Positions 1 through 12,684 of a stretch of 64,000 nucleotides of DNA are shown piece by piece. The translations under genes and the position numbers were made by a program. Each line of letters starts with the position of its first letter. Within the stretch, counting starts at the first letter, position 1. Source of the DNA: Candidatus Oxydemutatoraceae bacterium. Lineage in GTDB: Bacteria > Pseudomonadota > Gammaproteobacteria > Poriferisulfidales > Oxydemutatoraceae. The stretch is taken from positions 108,769 to 172,768 of the forward strand of contig OZ244779.1 of NCBI GenBank assembly GCA_965219575.1. Direction: 5' to 3'. The notes under the pieces were generated by a model. It was not told the DNA's origin. It saw only the letters and a list, made by a program, of their open reading frames with translations, and did not search any database.

Positions 1-95
1 TCGGCAGTCGCAACCGCAGTGCTCATAAATAAAAAAAGCGCGCAGTACCACGCTCTGATAACAGCACCAACCATTCTCAACGATAATCGCTTCAT
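1..95 (-). CDS. 5' part of a putative secreted protein, runs off the window start
   Basis: ATG at 95-93 directly follows the lepA stop (TAAATG). Reads MKRLSLRMVGAVIRAWYCALFLFMSTAVATA, which is signal-peptide-like. Confidence 0.45.
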   Translation of the reverse strand, partial: MKRLSLRMVGAVIRAWYCALFLFMSTAVATA

Positions 96-1886
96 TTATT
101 TTTCCACCTGTAGCACCGCTAAAAATGCCTCTTGCGGTACGTTGACTTTGCCGATTTGTTTCATACGCTTTTTGCCTGCTTTTTGTTTTTCCAACAACTT
201 ACGCTTGCGGGTAATATCTCCGCCGTAACATTTTGCCGTAACATTCTTGCGCAATGCTTTGGTCGTCGCTCGTGCAATAACGCGAGAACCTATGGCAGCT
301 TGTATCGCAACATCAAACATTTGCCGAGGAATTAGGGTTGCCATTTTTTCTACTAAAGTGCGCCCTAGCGTTTGTGCATGATTTCTATGCACTATCGCCG
401 ATAACGCGTCAACCCGATTGCCGTTGATCAGCATATCCAACCGGATCAAGTCGGCAATCTTATAGCCGGCCAGATAGTAGTCAAAGGATGCATAACCTCT
501 GGTGATAGATTTTAGACGATCAAAGAAATCGTAGACTATCTCGTTCAACGGCAATTCGTACTCTATCGCAGCTTGTAGACCGACATAATGTATCTTTTTT
601 TGTACGCCTCGCTTTTCTATACATATTTTCATCACATCGCCGATATGGTTTTGAGAAACCAGTATCGTTGCTAAAATCATAGGCTCTTCGATCCTTTCCA
701 CTTCGTTTGCAGGGGGCAGGGTGTCGGGGTTGTGCACCTCCACCACTTCGCCGTTTTTGAGTGTGACCCTATAGGTGACGGTCGGCGCAGTGGTGACCAA
801 AGCCTTGCCGTATTCACGCTCTAAACGTTCTTGTATAACCTCCATGTGCAACATGCCGAGAAAACCGCAACGAAAGCCGAAGCCCAAAGCCTGAGAAGTC
901 TCCGGCTCGTAGACCAACGCAGCATCGTTCAGGTTCAATTGATCCAAAGCGGCGCGTAAATCCGGATAATCTTCGGAATTGACCGGATAAATCCCGGCAA
1001 ACACCCGCGGCGGTATTTTCTTGAACCCTGCCAGTGCTTGTGTTGCCGGGCTTTGTGCGTTAGTCCAGGTATCTCCGACACGGACTTCCTCTATGCGCTT
1101 GATGCCGGCGATCACAAACCCGACATCGCCGGTATACAAACACGAGTGCATCACGCGCTCGGGGGTATAAACCCCCACCGCTTCGACTTTGTGGGTGGTT
1201 TTATTCGCCATAGACAGTATTTTACTTCCGACTTCCAGTTGACCGTCTACGACCCGCACCAACGCAATCACACCCAAATACTGATCAAACCAAGAGTCTA
1301 TAATCAACGCTTTCAACGGTGCATCGACCACACCTTGCGGCGGCGGAATTTTAGCGACGATATGCTCGAGCAGTGCTTGCACCCCTTCACCGGTTTTAGC
1401 ACTGACCAAACAAAGCTCGCTTATGTCCAGCCCGATCAAATCGACGATTTCTTGCTCGACGCGCGCCACCTCGGCAACCGGACGATCAATTTTGTTCAGC
1501 ACCGGCAGCACGACGAGGTTTTGTTCTACTGCGGTGTAGCAAACTGCGATGCTCTGCGCTTCGACGCCTTGTGTTGCATCGACGACCAACAGCGCACCCT
1601 CGCAAGCGGATAGCGAACGCGATACCTCGTAGCTGAAGTCCACATGCCCAGGCGTGTCTATAAAATTGAGCTTGTACTGCTCACCGTCGAGTGCGGTATA
1701 ATTCAACGATACCGCCTGCGCCTTGATCGTGATGCCGCGTTCTCGTTCTATATCCATTGTGTCGAGCACCTGTGATACCATCCGGCGACCGCTATATCCG
1801 CCGCATAATTCGATAAATCTGTCGGCGAGCGTTGATTTGCCGTGATCTATATGCGCGATAATTGAGAAATTTCGGGTTTTATTCAT
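96..1886 (-). CDS. lepA: Translation elongation factor 4 (LepA)
   Basis: [27 protein letters not shown] and C-terminal [18 protein letters not shown]. Start placed at MNKTRNF (1886). Confidence 0.97.
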   Translation of the reverse strand: MNKTRNFSIIAHIDHGKSTLADRFIELCGGYSGRRMVSQVLDTMDIERERGITIKAQAVSLNYTALDGEQYKLNFIDTPGHVDFSYEVSRSLSACEGALLVVDATQGVEAQSIAVCYTAVEQNLVVLPVLNKIDRPVAEVARVEQEIVDLIGLDISELCLVSAKTGEGVQALLEHIVAKIPPPQGVVDAPLKALIIDSWFDQYLGVIALVRVVDGQLEVGSKILSMANKTTHKVEAVGVYTPERVMHSCLYTGDVGFVIAGIKRIEEVRVGDTWTNAQSPATQALAGFKKIPPRVFAGIYPVNSEDYPDLRAALDQLNLNDAALVYEPETSQALGFGFRCGFLGMLHMEVIQERLEREYGKALVTTAPTVTYRVTLKNGEVVEVHNPDTLPPANEVERIEEPMILATILVSQNHIGDVMKICIEKRGVQKKIHYVGLQAAIEYELPLNEIVYDFFDRLKSITRGYASFDYYLAGYKIADLIRLDMLINGNRVDALSAIVHRNHAQTLGRTLVEKMATLIPRQMFDVAIQAAIGSRVIARATTKALRKNVTAKCYGGDITRKRKLLEKQKAGKKRMKQIGKVNVPQEAFLAVLQVEK

Positions 1887-1958
1887 AATGACATAAATTA
1901 TAGATGAGCGACGATTGTATAACACTATTTTTTGAAAATCACATGTAGAGACAGAATA

Positions 1959-4328
<2,370 letters not shown>

Positions 4329-4444
4329 TTGTGTCGTATCTGTAAAATTTATACCCAAATTTCACATTTTTGTAATATCTAATTTGTCAACTGCTATATA
4401 ATCAGGAATGCTTTATGTTGATATAACATTTGTGGAGAAATGAA

Positions 4445-4816
4445 ATGCAGAAAATAAGATACGGCATCTTAAATATTATTGCTATCGCGTGTGCCGTCGC
4501 GTTGTGGTTTCCGACAACGACAAGCTCGGAAGAGAAAAACCAAATGCATATGATTGAAGAAGGCAAAGCACTCACCCTCGATAGAAAAAAAGGTAACTGC
4601 GTCTCGTGCCATTACATTGTCGGTGCCGAATCCCCGGGCAACATCGGGCCGGCTTTAATAGCAATGAAAGCACGATACCCCAAAGCCGAATTACGACAGC
4701 GCATTTGGGATATCACCCAATCTGCGCCCGAGGCTGCGATGCCGCCGTTCGGCAAACATCAAATTTTGAGCGAAGAAGAAATAGATAAAATTACCGAATA
4801 TATTTACACACTATAA
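4445..4816 (+). CDS. soxX: Sulfur oxidation c-type cytochrome SoxX
   Basis: Signal peptide, RKKGNCVSCH heme motif, PGNIGP and MPPFG; first gene of the sox cluster. Confidence 0.92.
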   Translation: MQKIRYGILNIIAIACAVALWFPTTTSSEEKNQMHMIEEGKALTLDRKKGNCVSCHYIVGAESPGNIGPALIAMKARYPKAELRQRIWDITQSAPEAAMPPFGKHQILSEEEIDKITEYIYTL

Positions 4817-4856
4817 ACACCCCGAATCATTGCAAGCTATTGAAGGAGGATTAAAA

Positions 4857-5315
4857 ATGGATAAAGCAAGGAGAAAACTACTGATAGGAACCGGTGCCGG
4901 TCTGCTGCTCGCAAGTTGGTCGCCGCAATCCGTGTTTGCGACGCGCGCATCCGAAGAGGCGTTCGGTTCAAAATCACTGGACGAGAGCATCAAAGAACTC
5001 ATCGGAGATGCCGATGTGATTGAAGACAACGAGCATATTCATATCAAGGCACCGACCATATCCGAGAACGGTGCCGTGGTGCCGATCTCGGTGGAAGTTG
5101 ATATGGATAATGTTGATGCGATTAGTCTCTTGGTCGAAAAAAACCCTTTGCCGCTGACTTCTAGTTATAAGTTTCACAAGGCTTCCGCCCCGTATATCTC
5201 GACGCGAATCAAAATGATGGAAACTTCGGATGTGATTGCGTTGGTGACCGCGGACGGTAAGCACTACAAAGCAACCGAGCTTGTCAAAGTGACAATCGGC
5301 GGTTGCGGCGGTTAA
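4857..5315 (+). CDS. soxY: Thiosulfate carrier protein SoxY
   Basis: Tat-like RRKLL leader, ENGAVVP and C-terminal VKVTIGGCGG swinging arm. Confidence 0.96.
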   Translation: MDKARRKLLIGTGAGLLLASWSPQSVFATRASEEAFGSKSLDESIKELIGDADVIEDNEHIHIKAPTISENGAVVPISVEVDMDNVDAISLLVEKNPLPLTSSYKFHKASAPYISTRIKMMETSDVIALVTADGKHYKATELVKVTIGGCGG

Positions 5316-5331
5316 AACACGAGGCGTTAAG

Positions 5332-5643
5332 ATGTCCGATTCTATGAAAATTCGCACCAAAATAGAAGGTGATTATATAGAGGTCAAAGCCCTGATAAAA
5401 CATCCTATGGAAACCGGTATTAGAAAAGACAAACAAGGTAATGTGGTTCCGGCACATTATATCGAGGACTTGACCGCAGAGGCCAACGGCAAAGTCGTAT
5501 TCTCCGCCGAGTGGGGGACGGGAATTGCCGCAAACCCTTACATTTCTTTCAGATTCAAAGGTGCCGAAGCCGGTGACGAGCTGAAACTTAGCTGGAAAGA
5601 CAACACCGGGGCTTCGGACTCTTTGACCGTTCCCATCAAATAA
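5332..5643 (+). CDS. soxZ: Thiosulfate carrier protein SoxZ
   Basis: HPMETGIRKD, NPYISF and WKDNTG motifs; follows soxY. Confidence 0.95.
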   Translation: MSDSMKIRTKIEGDYIEVKALIKHPMETGIRKDKQGNVVPAHYIEDLTAEANGKVVFSAEWGTGIAANPYISFRFKGAEAGDELKLSWKDNTGASDSLTVPIK

Positions 5644-5654
5644 ACGGAGGCATC

Positions 5655-6494
5655 ATGAAAAAAAGACATATTTTAATTACTCTAGCAACAGCAATCGCAT
5701 TCGCCGTCGGTAGCTATGCGGTAGCCGACTATCGGGCGGATATCGAGCATTATCAGGATTATCTGAAGGCTAAATTCCCGAACATCGATCCTGCCGAATT
5801 CGCAAACGGCTACTATGCGTTGAGCGAAGAGATGCGTCAAAACTGGGAAGCGATAGAGGAGTTTCCACCGTATTCAATCTATGTGGATGCCGGCGAGGAA
5901 ATGTGGAACACACCCTTTGCAAACGGCAAAGGTTATAAAGACTGTTTCCCCGACGGACCGGCGATAGGACACAAATATCCGCATTGGAATAAGGCACAAG
6001 GCATGGTGATGACTTTGCCTTTGGCAATCAACCAGTGCCGCGAGCGTCACGGCGAAAGCCCGCTGGGTTACAAGAAAGGTCCGATTGCTTCATTGTGGGC
6101 TTATATCGCATATCAAAGCCGTGGACAGGTGATAGATGTCGTCGTGCCGGAGGACGACCCTAAAGCATTGGAAGCGTATAACAAAGGCAAGGAATTTTAT
6201 TTTGCACGACGCGGGCAGTTGAATTTCTCGTGTGCGCATTGCCACTTCAATAACGCCGGCATGAACTTGCGAACCGAGATTCTCAGCCCGGTGATGGGGC
6301 AAACAACCGGCTGGCCGGTATACAGATCAAAATGGAACGACATCGGCACCCTACATCGTCGTTATTCCGGGTGCAACGAACAAGTGCGTGCCAAAGCCTT
6401 TACACCTCAGGGAGAGGAGTATCGTAATTTAGAATATTTCCATATGTCGCTGAGTAACGGTCTTCAACTCAACGGACCGTCGGCTAGGAAATAG
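5655..6494 (+). CDS. soxA: Sulfur oxidation cytochrome SoxA (monoheme, type III)
   Basis: RRGQLNFSCAHCH, WPVYRSKW and catalytic GCNEQVRA; only one CxxCH. Confidence 0.95.
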   Translation: MKKRHILITLATAIAFAVGSYAVADYRADIEHYQDYLKAKFPNIDPAEFANGYYALSEEMRQNWEAIEEFPPYSIYVDAGEEMWNTPFANGKGYKDCFPDGPAIGHKYPHWNKAQGMVMTLPLAINQCRERHGESPLGYKKGPIASLWAYIAYQSRGQVIDVVVPEDDPKALEAYNKGKEFYFARRGQLNFSCAHCHFNNAGMNLRTEILSPVMGQTTGWPVYRSKWNDIGTLHRRYSGCNEQVRAKAFTPQGEEYRNLEYFHMSLSNGLQLNGPSARK

Positions 6495-6504
6495 AGGCGG
6501 CGCA

Positions 6505-6822
6505 ATGCGCTATACCAAACCCATTAGCAGATATCTGATCGGATTACTCTTGCTAATGTTCGTCGCCGTCGGCAATGCCGAGACCGACTTCGAAAAATTG
6601 ATCGACGAGGCGATTGCGGCGCAGAAAAAAGCGAATGAGGTCGGTGGCGAATGGCGAGATGTTCAGAAATTCATAGATGGTGCGAAAAAAGCCTATGCCG
6701 AGAACAACAAAGAGGAAGCGATGAAGTTGGCGCAGAAAGCCAAAATGCAGAGCGAGTTAGGCTATCGGCAAGCAGTCTCTCAGCAAGGCAAAATTCAAAT
6801 ACCGTCGTACCTGCAACGGTAG
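6505..6822 (+). CDS. soxK: SoxAX-binding protein (SoxK-like)
   Basis: Small secreted helical protein with GGEWRD motif, located between soxA and soxB. Confidence 0.8.
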   Translation: MRYTKPISRYLIGLLLLMFVAVGNAETDFEKLIDEAIAAQKKANEVGGEWRDVQKFIDGAKKAYAENNKEEAMKLAQKAKMQSELGYRQAVSQQGKIQIPSYLQR

Positions 6823-6852
6823 GCGCAAAGCCTCTTAAACTCGGCAGGTTTA

Positions 6853-8598
6853 ATGAACTTAACCCGTCGTCAATTCATCGCTTTAATGTCAAGTGCGGCA
6901 GCAGCCGGTCTGCTACCGCACGCAACTTTTGCTACCACCGAAGACTTTTACGACTTTCCTTTTTCCGGAAATCTCCGATTGTTGCATTTCACCGACTGCC
7001 ACGCACAACTACTGCCGGTATATTTTCGTGAACCGAACACCAATATCGGGATAGGCGATGCTTCGGGGCGCGTGCCGCATGTGGTCGGCAAAAATTTACT
7101 CAAACTCTACCCGGGATTGACCGAGCCTTATATACACGCGTTGACCTATTTGGACTTCGTCGAAGATGCACAACGCTACGGAAAAGTGGGCGGGTTTGCG
7201 CACTTGGCAAGTTTGGTAAAACAACTGCGCGCCGAAGCCGGAGAAAATCGTACACTACTGCTCGACGGCGGCGACACATGGCAAGGCTCGGGTACCGCCT
7301 ATTGGACGAGCGGCGAGGATATGGTCGGTGCGTGCAACCTGCTCGGTGTGGATGTGATGACCGGACACTGGGAGTTTACCTACGACGATAGCGAAGTCAT
7401 GGAAATACTGAAAAAAGTCAACGGCGATTTCGTCGCACAAAATGTTCTTTTGACCGAAGAAGGACTGTTTGACGGCAAGCCTGCCTACGACGAAGCAAGC
7501 GGACATGTATTTCCGCCGTATGTGATGAAAAACCTAAACGGCGTGCGCGTGGCAGTCATCGGACAGGCGTATCCTTATACGCCTATTTCCAACCCCAAGC
7601 GATTTATTCCCGATTGGACTTTCGGAATACGCGAGAGCGAGTTGCAAGAGACCGTTGCCGATATCCGCAACCGAGAAAAGCCGAATGTTGTCGTCCTACT
7701 ATCGCATAACGGTGCCGATATTGATTTGAAATTGGCATCGCGCGTCGAGGGCATCGATGTTATATGCGGCGGACACACACACGACGGCGTATTGAAGGCA
7801 ATTGAAGTTTCTAATCGCAGCGGGCGGACTTTGGTTACCAACGGCGGTTCCAACGGCAAGTTCTTGGGAGTCATGGACTTAAGCGTCAAAAACAACAAAA
7901 TTGCCGACTATCGCTATCGCCTGCTACCGGTGTTCTCCGACATGCTACCACCCGATCGAGAAATGCAAAACTATATAGCGCAGGTTCGCAAGCCTTACAT
8001 AAATAAACTTGAGGAGAAAATCGCCGTCGCCGATGATTTGCTGTACCGCCGCGGCAATTTCAACGGCACCTTCGACCAGTTGATCTGCGAAGCCCTAAAC
8101 GAACGCTTGGATACGCAAATCGCATTATCACCGGGTTTTCGCTGGGGTACGACGGTTTTGCCGGGACAGGCTATTACTATGGAACACATATTAGACCAAA
8201 CATGCATGACATACCCGGAGACTTATGCAACCGAGATGACCGGACAACAGCTGAAACTAATCTTTGAGGATGTATGCGATAATCTGTTTAACCCCGACCC
8301 GTATCTGCAACAAGGTGGGGACATGGTTCGTGTCACCGGCATGAATTATGTTTGCGACCCGACCGCAAGTATGGGCAAAAGGATTACCGATATGCGGCTT
8401 GACGACGGCAAAGCGATCGAACCCGATAAAAGTTATAAGGTTTCGGGATGGGCGACTGTCGGTTCAAAGTCGCCGGGAGAACCGGTGTGGGATGTGGTTG
8501 CCGATTACTTGCGTGATAAAAAAGTCGCGTCGGTGAAAAAGCTGAATACACCCAAACTGGTGAATATAGACCACAACTTAGGATGGAGTAAAATATGA
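6853..8598 (+). CDS. soxB: Thiosulfohydrolase SoxB
   Basis: Tat signal TRRQFI; TDCHAQL, DGGDTWQG, GHWEF, GGHTHD and YRRGNFNG motifs. Confidence 0.97.
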   Translation: MNLTRRQFIALMSSAAAAGLLPHATFATTEDFYDFPFSGNLRLLHFTDCHAQLLPVYFREPNTNIGIGDASGRVPHVVGKNLLKLYPGLTEPYIHALTYLDFVEDAQRYGKVGGFAHLASLVKQLRAEAGENRTLLLDGGDTWQGSGTAYWTSGEDMVGACNLLGVDVMTGHWEFTYDDSEVMEILKKVNGDFVAQNVLLTEEGLFDGKPAYDEASGHVFPPYVMKNLNGVRVAVIGQAYPYTPISNPKRFIPDWTFGIRESELQETVADIRNREKPNVVVLLSHNGADIDLKLASRVEGIDVICGGHTHDGVLKAIEVSNRSGRTLVTNGGSNGKFLGVMDLSVKNNKIADYRYRLLPVFSDMLPPDREMQNYIAQVRKPYINKLEEKIAVADDLLYRRGNFNGTFDQLICEALNERLDTQIALSPGFRWGTTVLPGQAITMEHILDQTCMTYPETYATEMTGQQLKLIFEDVCDNLFNPDPYLQQGGDMVRVTGMNYVCDPTASMGKRITDMRLDDGKAIEPDKSYKVSGWATVGSKSPGEPVWDVVADYLRDKKVASVKKLNTPKLVNIDHNLGWSKI

Positions 8599-9131
8599 AA
8601 ACAAACACAAAAGCTATAAAACACACTGCAAAGTGTATCGTCAAAACCGCTTTATTGCTTAGCTATATCGCCTTGTCGTTAACAACCCAAGTCGCGATCG
8701 CCGAGGACAAGCCGGTTTTCCTTGAAATTAGACAACTGACTGCCGAGTCGGCAATGAAAATCGGCAACGCCGCATTGGAGGATTGCACCCGGCGCGGGTT
8801 CAAGGTCGGTGTGAGTATCACCTCGCGCGAAGGTCAACTACTTTTTTTCATCCGCCATCCGCTGGCCGGACCCCATACTCCGATGATTAGTCACGCCAAA
8901 GCATATACCTCTTCGACGATGGGGGTTACAACATCCGCACTCACCGGAACCAACACGCAAAAGCTCAACTACTACGAGAACATTACCACCTTAGGCGGCG
9001 GTGTGCCGATTGTCGTTGCCGGTCATCAATACGGTGGCATCGGTGTATCCGGTGCAACACCCGAAGCCGACGAAGAATGTGCCGAAGTCGGCATCAAAAC
9101 CATCGAGGAAGATTTAGAGTTCAGTGAATAG
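8595..9131 (+). CDS. GlcG/HbpS family heme-binding protein
   Basis: Signal peptide; KAYTS and GGGVPI...GGIGVSGA...DEECA signature. Confidence 0.85.
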   Translation: MKTNTKAIKHTAKCIVKTALLLSYIALSLTTQVAIAEDKPVFLEIRQLTAESAMKIGNAALEDCTRRGFKVGVSITSREGQLLFFIRHPLAGPHTPMISHAKAYTSSTMGVTTSALTGTNTQKLNYYENITTLGGGVPIVVAGHQYGGIGVSGATPEADEECAEVGIKTIEEDLEFSE

Positions 9132-10269
9132 GCCGTCTTTTGATTACACGCCCTGCCGCAACTGCGCTTTGCAGGCAGTGCTATGGTTCAATAAAAATGT
9201 ATTGATGCTGGCTTGCCTGACACTTCTCGCAGTATGCTCGGCGGCTATCGCCGACAGCGAGATCGGGTCGCCGGCGGTTGAACCGGACGGCGACGGCTCT
9301 ATGAGCAATGTATACGCACAAGAAAGACCCGACTGGTTCGGCATGTCTTTCTTGGATATCGCCGAGGATGTCGAAGAGGCGGCAGCCGAAGACAAACACT
9401 ACGGACTCTATTTTTATCAGGATGGGTGCCCTTATTGTGAAAAGTTAATCAACGATAACTTCGGACAATACCGCATTAACGAATATGCAAAAGCGAACTT
9501 CAACATCGCGCCGATCAACATTTTCGGTGCCGTCGAAGTAACCGACCTCGACGGTATTCCGAGACCGGAAAGTGCTTTTTCCGAACACCGAAAAATTCAA
9601 TTCACACCGACGATGATTTTTTTCTCACCGCTGGGAGAAGTCTTTCGCATGAACGGCTATTATCCACCGCATAAATTCCTCGCAATGCTGGAATATATAA
9701 CCGACGAATACTACCTCGAAGACATAACTTTTATAGACTTCCTGCAGACCAAAGAAGTCTCTCCGGCATCCGATGAGATGCACTACGCTTCGGAAATGTT
9801 GCGCCCTCCGCTCGATATGACCGAAAACACGCTAGGCGCAAACAAACCCGTCTTGGTTTTGTTCGAACAACCGCGCTGTTTGGCGTGCGACGAATTGCAT
9901 CTTGATGTCCTGAAACGAGAAGCAAGCAACGAACTATATCGACAATTTGAAACGGTAATGATTAATGTCTACGGCAAGGAAACCCTCGTGCCGCCGAACG
10001 GCGGTGGCGAAACCAGCGAAAAAGCATGGGCGCGTGAACTGGGCATCAAATACACACCGTCTTTGGTGTTCTATCAACGGCAAAGCGAAAGCCAACCATT
10101 AGCCGAAGTGTTTCGCGTCGAAGGCTATGTGAAAACCTTTCATGTGCAATCGGCAATGGAATATATACTATCGCAGGCTTATGCAAAACCTCAAGACTTC
10201 CAAGAATTCATCAGATTACGCGCCGAGTCAATGAGACCCGAAGACGGCTATTTAGACATCATGCACTAG
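9124..10269 (+). CDS. Periplasmic double-thioredoxin protein (SoxW-like)
   Basis: Two thioredoxin folds (CPYC...FTPT; CLAC...YTPS) at the end of the sox operon. True start may be 9205. Confidence 0.75.
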   Translation: MNRPSFDYTPCRNCALQAVLWFNKNVLMLACLTLLAVCSAAIADSEIGSPAVEPDGDGSMSNVYAQERPDWFGMSFLDIAEDVEEAAAEDKHYGLYFYQDGCPYCEKLINDNFGQYRINEYAKANFNIAPINIFGAVEVTDLDGIPRPESAFSEHRKIQFTPTMIFFSPLGEVFRMNGYYPPHKFLAMLEYITDEYYLEDITFIDFLQTKEVSPASDEMHYASEMLRPPLDMTENTLGANKPVLVLFEQPRCLACDELHLDVLKREASNELYRQFETVMINVYGKETLVPPNGGGETSEKAWARELGIKYTPSLVFYQRQSESQPLAEVFRVEGYVKTFHVQSAMEYILSQAYAKPQDFQEFIRLRAESMRPEDGYLDIMH

Positions 10270-10297
10270 AGCCTCCCCCCAATTCACAAAAACCACC

Positions 10298-10495
10298 GTA
10301 GGGGCGGACTTGTATGTCCGCCCTAAAGTGTCGTTCTGCACAGCCGTAATCGCTTGCGCAGTATGGTTTTGGTTTCCATAAATTAACTGGTGTACGATTT
10401 TATTTGTGCGGACGCAACGCGTTACAGTTCTGCATAACGTTACGCCGATTGAGCCGGTAGGTCAATCGACGGTTCTATTTTTCAACAGCCCCATG
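10298..10495. repeat. Partial composite repeat (GTAG-REP + GCCGATTGA hairpin + right end)
   Basis: GTAGGGGCGGACTTGTATGTCCGCCC, GCCGATTGAGCC..GGTCAATCG and TTTTTCAACAGCCCCATG. Confidence 0.75.
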
Positions 10496-10496
10496 T

Positions 10497-10784
10497 TTAT
10501 GATGCCACCGCCAATACAACGCTTGCCAAGAATACACCTATAATCGAGGTCATCGCAACGATGCTTCCGATGAATAATGCAACACCCCATTTTGTGATGT
10601 CTGCTCTTAGTTCCGATTGGGCTGCTTTTACTTCTGCTATCTCGGATTTAACTTCAGCCTTAAACTCCGTTATCTCAGACTTAACTTCAGCCTTAAACTC
10701 CGCTATTTCAGACTTAAACTCTGTGCGCATGTTAACTATCATTTCGTATAGTTTTTCGTTGGTTATGTTCATATCTTTCTCCAT
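10497..10784 (-). CDS. Hendecad coiled-coil protein with C-terminal TM anchor (DUF1640/CCDC90-like), copy 1
   Basis: Three 11-aa repeats (KSEIAEFKAEV), then KWGVALFIGS.. hydrophobic tail; paralogue at 12230. Start is 10784 or 10772 (GGAG RBS). Confidence 0.75.
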   Translation of the reverse strand: MEKDMNITNEKLYEMIVNMRTEFKSEIAEFKAEVKSEITEFKAEVKSEIAEVKAAQSELRADITKWGVALFIGSIVAMTSIIGVFLASVVLAVAS

Positions 10785-10871
10785 ATTGAAATTATAAATA
10801 AATACCTCGCTAAAGCAAGGCTTCGCTACGGATACTAATAGCACAGCGGCATATTTCCGAGATTCGGCAAC

Positions 10872-10906
10872 CCGACGAACGGTAGCAAATATCAGACAGA
10901 CGGTGA
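10872..10906 (-). promoter_or_regulatory. AlgR/LytTR-type binding site pair
   Basis: Minus strand ACCGTTCGTC (the established AlgR core) plus imperfect ACCGTCTGTC 21 bp away. Confidence 0.55.
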
Positions 10907-10963
10907 CCTTGGCCCATTTTTAGTGCCACATCCATAACGAATTTTCATCCTGCCGCCTCAAAT

Positions 10964-10990
10964 TTGACAGCCCCCCCCCCATGCTAAATT
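10964..10990 (+). promoter_or_regulatory. Sigma70 promoter with C10 tract in the spacer
   Basis: TTGACA-G-C10-ATGC-TAAATT, 15-bp spacer, extended -10 TG. Confidence 0.75.
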
Positions 10991-11056
10991 CCCTATTTTT
11001 AATTAATAAAACATAAGACTGTTAAAGTTTATAGTAATCAACAAAGGAGAAAGGAA

Positions 11057-12103
11057 ATGATGTATTGGGCAATGCGTACTTACAGAAAATCAGAAAAGCA
11101 TACTTACAAAAAAGCGGCAGAGCTGCGCAAATTCCTTGCTAACGAATTATTCTCAAAGGGTCGGCTACGTCAAGGTTGGGGATGGGAACACGATCAGGAC
11201 CTTCGCAAAATTCGAGAAATGTTGCGTAAGGGCAAGACGCTCAATGACGGACAGAACAAAGCTAACGGAAATCGATTTATGCTTGATGGCGACCCTTCAC
11301 AACACATGAACGTCGGTGATATCGTTCTAGTGCCGAACATGCCGTACGACGGCACCTTCACGCTTTGCCGCATCACTGGCCCCTACGAATATGAAGTCTC
11401 AGAGCATGGTGAATTCGGTCATATTCTACCTGTTGAGGTGCTGACACTAAGTGGTGTTGCAAACAATCACGAACTGGTTGATGCTGGACTTCGCCAAAGC
11501 CTGCGATGTCTTCGCCGGAAATGGTGCATATCTCCTTACTCCGACTGTCTGGAGGCGATAATCCAGAGCAATCTTTCTGCCGAATCCCTTGCACAGGGCG
11601 TCACGGCAGCGGAGCGTACCGACAGCCTTGTTTCTGAACTCATCACCGAACCAATTAACGTTATGGCGAGCGATCTCGCAGATAAGCTCCCCAAATTCCT
11701 TCAAGGTGCGGAATGGGAGACTGGCATCCTGTCCGCGTTGGAACCGTTGTTTCCGGCAACCGTTCGACACACTGGTGGCAGAAGCGAACAAGGCGCGGAC
11801 TTGGAAGTCGTCATTTCCAACCCTTTTGACGATAGTAAAAATTGGATAGTGCCGATTCAGGTCAAAGACCATTGGGGCACTGAAAGAAAGGGTGTTGTCC
11901 GCCAACTCGAAGAAGCCTATGATACGCGCTCCGAGAGAGGCATTGTCATTGCCGTGGTGCTCCTCGTAACCAGAGCAGAATCTTCCCCTGAATTGGAAGC
12001 GGAGATGTCTCGGTTAAGCGATGAAAAAGGCGTACCGTTCATATTCTGTAGCGGTGATGATTTGATGCAGATTCTCGCAAGGGGTTTCTTGAAGCGCATC
12101 TAG
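11057..12103 (+). CDS. Putative Mrr-like (type IV) restriction endonuclease
   Basis: N-terminal LRQGWG..GDIVLVP..GHILPVE domain; C-terminal PD-(D/E)xK-like EQGADL..IQVK; strong RBS. Confidence 0.65.
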   Translation: MMYWAMRTYRKSEKHTYKKAAELRKFLANELFSKGRLRQGWGWEHDQDLRKIREMLRKGKTLNDGQNKANGNRFMLDGDPSQHMNVGDIVLVPNMPYDGTFTLCRITGPYEYEVSEHGEFGHILPVEVLTLSGVANNHELVDAGLRQSLRCLRRKWCISPYSDCLEAIIQSNLSAESLAQGVTAAERTDSLVSELITEPINVMASDLADKLPKFLQGAEWETGILSALEPLFPATVRHTGGRSEQGADLEVVISNPFDDSKNWIVPIQVKDHWGTERKGVVRQLEEAYDTRSERGIVIAVVLLVTRAESSPELEAEMSRLSDEKGVPFIFCSGDDLMQILARGFLKRI

Positions 12104-12229
12104 GCAACACGCTTATCCTTGGGCTGGTTGTCCGCAGACCCTTGGAGTTGAGTTTGGGCAAAACGATATTTTTCAGCATTCCCACATGTCTGCACTAGTT
12201 AAATTCCCCTCCTATGCACTTGCAAATGG

Positions 12230-12463
12230 TTATGATGCCACCGCCAATACGACGCTCGCCAAGAATATACCTATAATTGAGGTCATCGCAACGATGCTTC
12301 CGATGAATAATGCAACACCCCATTTTGCGATGTCTGCTCTCAGTTCCGATTGGGCTGCTTTTATTTCAGCTATCTCGGATTTAACCTCAGCCTTAATCTC
12401 TGTGCGCATATTAACTATCATTTCGTATAGTTTTTCGTTGGTTATGTTCATATCTTTCTCCAT
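12230..12463 (-). CDS. Hendecad coiled-coil TM-anchored protein, copy 2 (shorter)
   Basis: Near-identical to 10497-10784 but 18 aa shorter in the repeat region. Confidence 0.75.
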   Translation of the reverse strand: MEKDMNITNEKLYEMIVNMRTEIKAEVKSEIAEIKAAQSELRADIAKWGVALFIGSIVAMTSIIGIFLASVVLAVAS

Positions 12464-12550
12464 ATTGAAATTATAAATAAATAGCCTGCTAAAGCAAGGC
12501 TTCGCTATAGATACTAATAGCACAAAGGCCTATTAACGAGATTCGGCAAA

Positions 12551-12585
12551 CCGACGAACGGTAGCAAATATTAGACAGACGGAGA
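12551..12585 (-). promoter_or_regulatory. AlgR/LytTR-type binding site pair, copy 2
   Basis: CCGACGAACGGTAG on the + strand plus imperfect GACAGACGG 21 bp downstream. Confidence 0.55.
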
Positions 12586-12684
12586 CATTAGCCCATTATT
12601 AGTGCCACATCCATAGCGAATTTTCATGCTGTAGCCTTCGTAAATAGACTAGGGCTTGATACGCCAAAATTATCAACCCAAAAT

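Noticed and set aside
10912-10930. Sigma54 promoter (TGGCAC on the minus strand, also ~12605)
   Set aside because: No TTGC -12 element at the required spacing.
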